Shown piece after piece: positions 7,417 to 14,188 of a stretch of 14,188 bases of DNA. The position numbers and the translations under genes are program-made. The number at the start of each line of letters is the position of its first letter. Position 1 is the stretch's first letter. Origin of the DNA: Limisphaerales bacterium (GTDB lineage: Bacteria; Verrucomicrobiota; Verrucomicrobiia; Limisphaerales; JAJOIW01); contig CBFHOE010000001.1 of NCBI GenBank assembly GCA_965657355.1, forward strand, positions 392,528 through 406,715, given 5' to 3'. Below the pieces are notes generated by a model. The model saw only the letters and a list, made by a program, of their open reading frames with translations. It made no database searches and had not been told where the DNA came from.

Positions 7417-8319
7417 ATGATGCGAGATGTTGTTATCACCGGTGCCTCAGGTTTTGTTGGTAAGGAAATTGCCAGAAACCTCTTACGCTCAAATTACAAC
7501 ATTATTCCGGCCTGCCGTGTTAAAGGTGTCCCCGAGCGTATTGGCCAATGGAATACTGCGACGGGCGAAATAATGCTCGAAAAGCCACCCTATGCTGTCA
7601 TAAATCTCGCCGGCCGATCGATTGTAAATAAGAGGTGGACGAAGACTGAGAAAAAAAGGCTTAGAGAAAGTCGTGTGCCTACCACAATAGCTTTGGTTAA
7701 TTATTTATATGAACACTCTTTGGTTCCTAACGTTTGGATTGGTGCTTCTGGTGTAGGTCTTTATGGCGATAATGGAGATAGCTTAATTACTGAGGAATCC
7801 GGTTTTTCGGATTCTTTTTTGGGAGAATTAGCCCAAGATTGGGAAAAGGCTGGAAAAGAGCTTTTAAAAAAATCTAAAACAAGGTGCCTCACATTAAGGT
7901 TTCCAATGATACTTGGCAAACAAGGTGGTGCTTGGTCGAAGTTGAAGATCCCCTTCTCTCTTTGTCTCGGGGGGAATATTGGCCATGGTAGGCAATGGTG
8001 GAGTTGGATACATATTGATGACGTCACTAAAATCGTTCATTTCGCCTTAGAAAATGATCGTATAGAAGGACCTGTAAATGCAACCTCTCCACATTCGGTT
8101 TTAAATAAAGATTTTACTTATGAGGTCAGCCGCTCAATGAAAAGATGTGCTTTTTTTCATGTGCCGCAATTCTTGGTAAAGTTGATATTTGGTGAAATGG
8201 GAAGCGAACTTTTTTTAGCCAGTCAAAGGTGCCAGCCAAACGTTTTGCTGAAATGCGGGTTTGAATTTAAATATCCCGAGTTAAAAGGTGCTGTCGATTC
8301 AATCGTCAATGACCTTTGA
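7417..8319 (+). CDS. TIGR01777 family NAD(P)-dependent oxidoreductase/epimerase (YfcH-like, DUF1731 C-terminus)
   Basis: Rossmann motif VVITGASGFVG directly after ATG 7417/7420 (ORF-track start 7324 is probably too long). VINLAG, RWT, ESRV, FLGELAQDWE, GRQWWSWIHIDD, GPVNATSP, SQRCQP, GFEFKYP. Confidence 0.92.
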   Translation: MMRDVVITGASGFVGKEIARNLLRSNYNIIPACRVKGVPERIGQWNTATGEIMLEKPPYAVINLAGRSIVNKRWTKTEKKRLRESRVPTTIALVNYLYEHSLVPNVWIGASGVGLYGDNGDSLITEESGFSDSFLGELAQDWEKAGKELLKKSKTRCLTLRFPMILGKQGGAWSKLKIPFSLCLGGNIGHGRQWWSWIHIDDVTKIVHFALENDRIEGPVNATSPHSVLNKDFTYEVSRSMKRCAFFHVPQFLVKLIFGEMGSELFLASQRCQPNVLLKCGFEFKYPELKGAVDSIVNDL

Positions 8320-8334
8320 TTTATTTCTTGAACC

Positions 8335-8370
8335 AAAAAAACGCACCAGAAGAATTCAATCTCTGGTGCG
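8335..8370 (-). terminator. Rho-independent terminator of the lipoprotein gene, between convergent genes
   Basis: 9-bp stem CGCACCAGA (8342-8350)/TCTGGTGCG (8362-8370) followed on the minus strand by T7 (8341-8335); 33 nt after the stop at 8404. Confidence 0.85.
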
Positions 8371-8403
8371 ATGAAAAATTTAATGTTTTGGGTTCTGAGT
8401 AAT

Positions 8404-8787
8404 TTACTCAGGCATAGGGGGAGTAGGAACTGCAGCTTTAGCCGCCTCAGTAAGTTTTGTCAGATATTTGGCTGTGTCCCCCTTGAAGGTGTCGACACAT
8501 TCTTTGCAACAAAGTTTGACGGTTGTGCCGGCTTCAGTCAGTTCTACGGGGTCGCCCATGGAGCCTAACTTTTCTCCCGAAACGAGGCAAACATCAATGG
8601 GGTAAGCAGAAGCTGTTTTTGCTGAGTCTCCCTCAGCCGATGGCGAAGCAGCGACTTCATGCTCTCCATTAGGCCCGTGATTGTGATCATCATGGCTGGC
8701 TTCGGAGGCTTCTTCCGAGCTTGGATTACATCCGGCGAGTGCTAGGGAAATTATTGCTGCTCCGAATAGTGATAAAGGTTTTTTCAT
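8404..8787 (-). CDS. Small lipoprotein with His-rich linker and YHS/TRASH-like Cys motif; putative metal-binding protein
   Basis: From ATG 8787: MKK + hydrophobic stretch + lipobox LAG-C20, then SHDDHNHGPNGEH, then CLVSGEKLGSMGDP...VKLCCKECVDTF resembling YHS/TRASH metal-binding domains. 127 aa. Confidence 0.85.
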   Translation of the reverse strand: MKKPLSLFGAAIISLALAGCNPSSEEASEASHDDHNHGPNGEHEVAASPSAEGDSAKTASAYPIDVCLVSGEKLGSMGDPVELTEAGTTVKLCCKECVDTFKGDTAKYLTKLTEAAKAAVPTPPMPE

Positions 8788-9152
8788 TTTGATTTGTATA
8801 TGCTTTTGTCGATTTAATTTTAGGGTACTAATCCCCAATTACAAAATATTACGACATGATTGCCTTTTAGTAAATAAATATGGCCTACAAATATGACTGA
8901 AGTAGTGACGTGTTACCTTTGATACCCTAAATATTTCATTTTTGTTACTTTGAGAAGAGGTTTATGCCTTCTCTGAGACATTATTAGGTCGAAAAAGTAC
9001 GACACTTTGTATTCGACTAAAGCTAAACCAAACCCATCTATAATATCTAAATGACCCTTATGGAAAGTTGCTTTGTTAAATTGTTGAGCACATGATAATT
9101 GAATAAGAAATCTAAAAAGTGTCGATTCAGGAAGTTTCCCTCTTAACTATTT

Positions 9153-12100
9153 CTATATTTTTTCGCTTGGTTCAGTCAGGGTTGAATGGGGGTGTTGTTT
9201 AAGCTCTTGGAGGGCAAGGTAGATTATAGGTATGACAAAGAAACTCATAATCGATGTAATCGCAATAAAATTGTCCGAAAACGTGCTTCTGGATTTGTAT
9301 TCTCTGACCGTGCAATAAAGTACGGGTACGACAAACATGGACACAGCAGCCACAACCATACCTCCAAAAGTTGGGATTGCCATCGGGATCATAACGTCAG
9401 CGCCCCTGCCCGATGAGGTTAATATCGGTATTAGAGCCAATGTTGTCGTCGCTGTCGTCATCAGGCATGGTCTTACTCTCTTCATACCCGCTAAAATAGT
9501 CGACTCTCGAATATCAGCTATTTTCCTAGGGTCTTTGTTTTTAAATTTTTGATTGAGGTAGGTAGCCATAATGACACCGTCATCTGAGGCAATGCCAAAC
9601 AAAGCCAAAAATCCGACCCAGACAGCGACGCTTAAATTGTAGTTCCGCACTTGAAGCAATTCTCTGAAATCGATTCCAAATAAAGAGAAATCCAAAAACC
9701 AATTTTGTCCGTAAAGCCATAACATAACAAATCCCCCGGCCCATGCGACGAAGATGCCTGAGAAGACAATCAAAGTATCGACTGCTGATTTAAACTGAAG
9801 GTAGAGAATGATGAATATTAATATGAGGGATATTGGAATAATTATTTTTAGCCTCTCCTCACTTCTTTTTTGGTTTTCATAGTTTCCGGCAAATGTATAG
9901 CTGACACCAGTTGGTAATGAAAATTCACCCGTCGATATTAAGGAATTAATATGATTTTGGGCCTCCTCTACAACATCCACTTCAGAAAAGCCCTGCTTTT
10001 TGTCAAATAGGACATACCCAATCAAAAAGGTATCTTCACTTTTTATACTTTGTGGGCCTTTCATATATCTTATGTCAGCAAGCTGCTCCAAGGGAATCTG
10101 AGCGCCATCGGGGGCCGGTATTAATATTCGCCCCAAAGACTCTAGGTCGTCTCTCAGTTCCCTTAAGTAGCGCACTCTTATTGGATACCTCTCTCTTCCC
10201 TCCACCGTAGTTGTCAGGTTTTTACCTCCAATACCGGTTTCAATTACCTCCTGAATCTTGGAAAGCTTCATTCCGAATCGAGCAATCGCTTTCCGATCAA
10301 TGTCAATTTCCAAATATGGCTTTCCAACAATCCTATCAGCTATGACTGTTTCCGGTGCAATCGAAGGCACCTTTTTCAAATGTTTTTGGAGTTTTAAACC
10401 AGCCTTTTCTATTGTCTCTAAATCGGTTCCCTTAATTTTAATTCCCATGGGAGCTCTCATTCCACTTTGCAGCATAACCAAGCGTGCCGCTATGGGCTGA
10501 AGTTTGGGTGCCGACGTTGAACCAGGAACTTCAGCAGCAAAAACAATTTCGTCCCAGATGTCATCTTGGCTTTGAATTCCTTTCCATTCTCTTCGCCCTG
10601 GGTTGAGTGATTTATCAAGTCGTGGCCTCCACAACCGGAATGGCTTACCCCTTTTGTCGGGAATCAATGAACCATCTGGGTCTCTTAAAAATGTTCCATT
10701 TACCAAATACGGTTTGCCATCAAGGGCGTTCACTTTATTTCCATTCTCTGATTTAAAGTAATCGTCAGATTGGGAACTCCATTTGAATGTAAGGAGTTTT
10801 CCATTTTTATTTGAGAGGTATTCAGGCTTGTAGTTAATTATTGTTTCCACCATTGAAACAGGTGCTGGGTCAAGTGCTGATTCTACTCTTCCCAACTTTC
10901 CGACTACTGACTCCACCTCATGAATAGTTCGAATTGCCATGTCTTGTTTTCTCATGGTATCCATGGATTCTCCTATTGATGCGTGAGGCATGGTTGTCGG
11001 CATGTAAAGGTAAGCCCCTTCGTCTAGTGAAGGCATAAACTCTTTCCCCAAACCAGGGAATTTACTCTCGATAAAAGCAACCGTTGGTGATTCCTGAAGG
11101 CTTGGCGGAAGTAGTCGCATAATGGGTTTTATTCCTAACCATGAAAGACCACCGAAAATGACGATGAGGCATGGAATAAATAAAAATTTAATTTTATTTT
11201 CCAAACACCAATTGAGAAGGATTCTGTAAAATCTTTGTAACAACAAGATGCCCGACAAGAGAATCGCAACGATAATACAAACAAATATCAGGTTTGCCAT
11301 ATCACCAGCTTGAATGCCCAATGGTATCCATGACCGAGATAAAACAATACTCACTCCAAGCGCAAACAGGATAAGAATTATCTTGGATGTTCTGGCTATG
11401 ATTCTTTCAGAAAGTCGGTTTTCGATCAATCGGAAGATTCCAGATGCTATGGTAATGAGGCTAACGAATTTCAGAGGAATAAATTGCACAAGATCGCTAC
11501 CTCTTTCCGTTAAAGCAAAAAAGAAAATAATTATACCCAAAGCTATGGTCAATCCGTGCCAAAATTGACTGAACAAACTTTTCGAAGATTTTGTTTTGAA
11601 AAGGATTAGAGCAAATGAGGGAATGACAAACAATGCAATCACTGAGGCCGCAACCAACGCAATTGTTTTTGTCCAAGCCAAGGGAGCGAATAACTTTCCT
11701 TCCGCAGCCTCCATCGTAAAAACTGGTAAAAAACTAATTATGGTAGTCGATACTGCAGTGAGAATAGCTCCGCCCACTTCAGTAGATGCTCTGAGAATAA
11801 CTACTATGCGACTTTCATTATCGTCGGAGGCATTTAAATGCCTGTAGATATTTTCACAGATGACGATTCCCATATCCACCATAGTCCCTATGGCAATGGC
11901 TATTCCAGAAAGTGCCACTATGTTAGCATCTACTTTGAGAGTTTTCATGGCGCAGAAACACATCAAAACGCCGATGGGTAAAATTCCAGAGATGACCACA
12001 GAACTTTTAAAGTGCATCACTAAAATTAAGATGACCAATGCCGTGATGAGAACTTCATGAATGAGAGCATCATTCAAGGTGTTCAATGTTTCGTTTATAA

Positions 12101-13193
12101 TTTTCGTGCGATCGTAAAATGGTATTATGGTGAGTTGGCTAATTGTCCCATCAGGAAGCGTTTTTTTGGGTAAACCTGGTGAGATTTCATGAATCTTTTT
12201 TTTCAGGTTATTGATTGCCTCCATTGGGTTTGCGCCATATCTAACGACAGCGACACCTCCCACGGCCTCAGTTCCTTCATTGTCCAAGGCACCGCGCCTG
12301 AGAGCCGGGCCATAAGATACTTTGGCTACGTTTTTAATGTAAACAGGAACGTTCGCGTTCACCTTAATGACGCTGTTTTCTATATCTTCCAATGATTTAA
12401 TAAATCCTAACCCACGGATTAAATATTCAGATTTATTTATTTCTATTGTTTTAGCTCCAACGTCGATGTTAGCCATTTTGACTGAATTCATGACATCTTC
12501 GATTGACACTCCGAATGCTCTCATGGCGTCTGGATCAACGTCGATTTGATATTCTTTTTGGAAACCTCCAATGGATGCCACCTCGCTTATTCCCTCGGCT
12601 GCCATTAAGGCATATCTGACATTCCAGTCTTGAGCTGTTCGCAACTCGGCGAGGTCCCAACCCCCGGTCACGTTACCATCTTTATCTCGACCCTCCAGGG
12701 TATACCAATAAACTTGTCCCACGGCTGTGGCGTCAGGCCCTAAAGCCGGTTGGACTCCACTCGGAAGAGTTTCACTTGGCAAGCTGTTTAGTTTTTCCAG
12801 AACCCGAGAACGCGACCAATAAAATTCGGCATCATCATCAAAAATGATATAAATGCTTGAGAATCCCATCATGGAGTAGCTTCTCACCGTCTTCACACCG
12901 GGAACACCGAGAAGCGATACAGTGAGTGGATAGGTTATTTGGTCTTCTATGTCTTGCGGTGATCTTCCGGGCCATTTTGTAAAAACAATTTGCTGGTTTT
13001 CTCCGGTGTCTGGAATGGCATCAACCGGGACTGGGTTTCGAGGCAATCCGTCTACCTCCCAATCAAATGGGGCAACGAGTATACCCCACATGATGACGGC
13101 AAGAAGGCCGATAAACACAATGAGCTTGTTGTATAAACAAAAAGCAATAATTTTGCTTAATGGAGTCTGGCTTGTTCGAGGTGAAGTGCTCAT
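9153..13193 (-). CDS. cusA: Heavy-metal efflux RND permease, CusA/SilA (Cu+/Ag+) type, enlarged 1346-aa variant
   Basis: VDAIPD, WPGRSPQDIEDQITYPL, FYWSRSRVLEKL, LGPDATAVGQVYWY, YDRT, GIAIAIGTMVD, EGKLFAPLAWTKT, GKEFMPSLDEG, DPAPVSMVET, VEGRERYPIRVRY, RVRPCLMT. The Met triad equivalent to E. coli CusA M573/M623/M672 is present. Confidence 0.93.
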   Translation of the reverse strand: MSTSPRTSQTPLSKIIAFCLYNKLIVFIGLLAVIMWGILVAPFDWEVDGLPRNPVPVDAIPDTGENQQIVFTKWPGRSPQDIEDQITYPLTVSLLGVPGVKTVRSYSMMGFSSIYIIFDDDAEFYWSRSRVLEKLNSLPSETLPSGVQPALGPDATAVGQVYWYTLEGRDKDGNVTGGWDLAELRTAQDWNVRYALMAAEGISEVASIGGFQKEYQIDVDPDAMRAFGVSIEDVMNSVKMANIDVGAKTIEINKSEYLIRGLGFIKSLEDIENSVIKVNANVPVYIKNVAKVSYGPALRRGALDNEGTEAVGGVAVVRYGANPMEAINNLKKKIHEISPGLPKKTLPDGTISQLTIIPFYDRTKIINETLNTLNDALIHEVLITALVILILVMHFKSSVVISGILPIGVLMCFCAMKTLKVDANIVALSGIAIAIGTMVDMGIVICENIYRHLNASDDNESRIVVILRASTEVGGAILTAVSTTIISFLPVFTMEAAEGKLFAPLAWTKTIALVAASVIALFVIPSFALILFKTKSSKSLFSQFWHGLTIALGIIIFFFALTERGSDLVQFIPLKFVSLITIASGIFRLIENRLSERIIARTSKIILILFALGVSIVLSRSWIPLGIQAGDMANLIFVCIIVAILLSGILLLQRFYRILLNWCLENKIKFLFIPCLIVIFGGLSWLGIKPIMRLLPPSLQESPTVAFIESKFPGLGKEFMPSLDEGAYLYMPTTMPHASIGESMDTMRKQDMAIRTIHEVESVVGKLGRVESALDPAPVSMVETIINYKPEYLSNKNGKLLTFKWSSQSDDYFKSENGNKVNALDGKPYLVNGTFLRDPDGSLIPDKRGKPFRLWRPRLDKSLNPGRREWKGIQSQDDIWDEIVFAAEVPGSTSAPKLQPIAARLVMLQSGMRAPMGIKIKGTDLETIEKAGLKLQKHLKKVPSIAPETVIADRIVGKPYLEIDIDRKAIARFGMKLSKIQEVIETGIGGKNLTTTVEGRERYPIRVRYLRELRDDLESLGRILIPAPDGAQIPLEQLADIRYMKGPQSIKSEDTFLIGYVLFDKKQGFSEVDVVEEAQNHINSLISTGEFSLPTGVSYTFAGNYENQKRSEERLKIIIPISLILIFIILYLQFKSAVDTLIVFSGIFVAWAGGFVMLWLYGQNWFLDFSLFGIDFRELLQVRNYNLSVAVWVGFLALFGIASDDGVIMATYLNQKFKNKDPRKIADIRESTILAGMKRVRPCLMTTATTTLALIPILTSSGRGADVMIPMAIPTFGGMVVAAVSMFVVPVLYCTVREYKSRSTFSDNFIAITSIMSFFVIPIIYLALQELKQHPHSTLTEPSEKI

Positions 13194-13235
13194 TTTCTAA
13201 AAACAAATAAGTCCTTATTTCAGCCTTATGTAATT

Positions 13236-14188
13236 TTATTGAAAGGTGTTTTCCAGGCTGCCACACTTAAACATTGTTGATCCGTAATAAGGGTTTTCGG
13301 TCCCTTTTTTTTGTTGCAACCAACTGGCTCCTTTTCCTTTAAAGGCCATGGGGCAATGATATTGAAAAACAGGTTCTTTTTGCCAATCCTCTATGCGCTC
13401 CAAAATAGAAATTGTTTGGTTTGACAGTTGGAAAAACAACTTCCTTGATGATGCTAATGATTCGGAATCGATTATTCTTTCTGTTGTTAATAGGATCTCT
13501 TTAAAGGCCTTAATCCAATCCTTGGGATTCGACTCTTGCTCTGAAAATAAAAGAAGGTTTTTGTCTATTGTCGGCTTTAATTTTTTTGCAGATTCAACAG
13601 CCCCGTTAATGTCATCATGGCTCAAATGGAATTGAATCTTGAAATAATTATCAATAATTTGATCAATGGCTTCACTGCTCGCAGAGGTTAATTTTAGAGG
13701 TGAGCTATCTTGTTTTCTTTCGACCTGATCAATAGCTGGTTCAGATGAACTGGGGTTCATCATACTTGGTTTTCCTAGAATTTGTATGGCGCTATCAATT
13801 TTGAAATTCCCATTAATAACGACTTTCTCGCCTTCTTTGAGACCTTTCTCAACTATGTAGTAATTAGATGCACGGCTACCCAATGTAACATCTCTGCCTT
13901 GATATATTCCCGGGGACTTTTCAACATAAACAACAGCTCTTTTGCCTGTAATGAGTGGAGCGGTAATAGGAATGACAAGGGGTTTTTGAACTTTGTCTCC
14001 ATTAGTTGAAACATACCCCATGGATTCAGCTCTTACGAGGTCCATCCCGCAAATATCGCATGGCCCGGGCTTATCTTTGACTATTTCCGGATGCATTGGG
14101 CTTATCCACTTTCCCTGTAATTCGGGTTCCATGACCTTTCCTCCTTTAGCTATATGAGACTTGACAACAGCTCGAACAAACATGTCCG
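13236..14188 (-). CDS. cusB: CusB-type RND periplasmic adaptor, 5'-truncated by the window edge, with internal heavy-metal-binding domain and C-terminal DUF3347-like domain
   Basis: Frame is open to the window end (…DMFVRA, matching the adaptor PxMF motif). WISPMHPEIVKDKPGPCDICGMDL metal-binding domain; PLVIP…AVVYVE…GLKEGEKVVINGNFKIDS adaptor motif; C-terminal YHCPMAF…WLQ…NPYYGSTMFKCG. Ends 42 nt upstream of cusA. Confidence 0.9.
   Translation of the reverse strand, partial: DMFVRAVVKSHIAKGGKVMEPELQGKWISPMHPEIVKDKPGPCDICGMDLVRAESMGYVSTNGDKVQKPLVIPITAPLITGKRAVVYVEKSPGIYQGRDVTLGSRASNYYIVEKGLKEGEKVVINGNFKIDSAIQILGKPSMMNPSSSEPAIDQVERKQDSSPLKLTSASSEAIDQIIDNYFKIQFHLSHDDINGAVESAKKLKPTIDKNLLLFSEQESNPKDWIKAFKEILLTTERIIDSESLASSRKLFFQLSNQTISILERIEDWQKEPVFQYHCPMAFKGKGASWLQQKKGTENPYYGSTMFKCGSLENTFQ

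Noticed and set aside
8788..8838. Longer TTG start for the lipoprotein
   Set aside because: ATG 8787 gives a canonical lipoprotein signal with Cys at position 20.
9153..13193. Assignment as CzcA-type divalent cation or AcrB-type drug pump
   Set aside because: The Met triad and CusA-specific motifs (LGPDAT, YWSRSRVLE) support the monovalent Cu/Ag subfamily.
9186..14009. Short ORFs overlapping cusA and cusB, including 13063..13266 (-)
   Set aside because: Shadow ORFs within strongly supported genes, with no independent evidence.
1..14188. CRISPR array, tRNA/rRNA, IS element, integrase or prophage
   Set aside because: No regularly spaced repeats, cloverleaf or rRNA signatures, transposase/integrase motifs or terminal inverted repeats were seen by eye.

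Overview
Bacterial genomic window, most likely from the PVC superphylum (Verrucomicrobiota/Planctomycetota; inferred from two PVC-typical protein families). Left to right it holds: a secreted hypothetical protein (-), a 1010-aa PVC-type SGNH-like + beta-propeller + c-type cytochrome protein (-), coaE (-), mnmA (-), a divergent TIGR01777/YfcH-family oxidoreductase (+), a small His-rich, Cys-motif lipoprotein (-), an enlarged CusA-type Cu(I)/Ag(I) RND pump (-), and the 3' part of a CusB-type adaptor with metal-binding and DUF3347-like domains (-, truncated at the window edge). The most notable system is the atypical Cus module. The pump keeps the methionine triad but has about 4 extra TM helices, a periplasmic insertion, a duplicated last helix and a changed proton relay. 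A candidate lipoprotein metallochaperone lies downstream. Two intrinsic terminators and several sigma70-like promoters giving leaderless or very short leaders are also visible. No rRNA, tRNA, CRISPR array or mobile element was recognised. All family assignments are by visual motif recognition, not database search.
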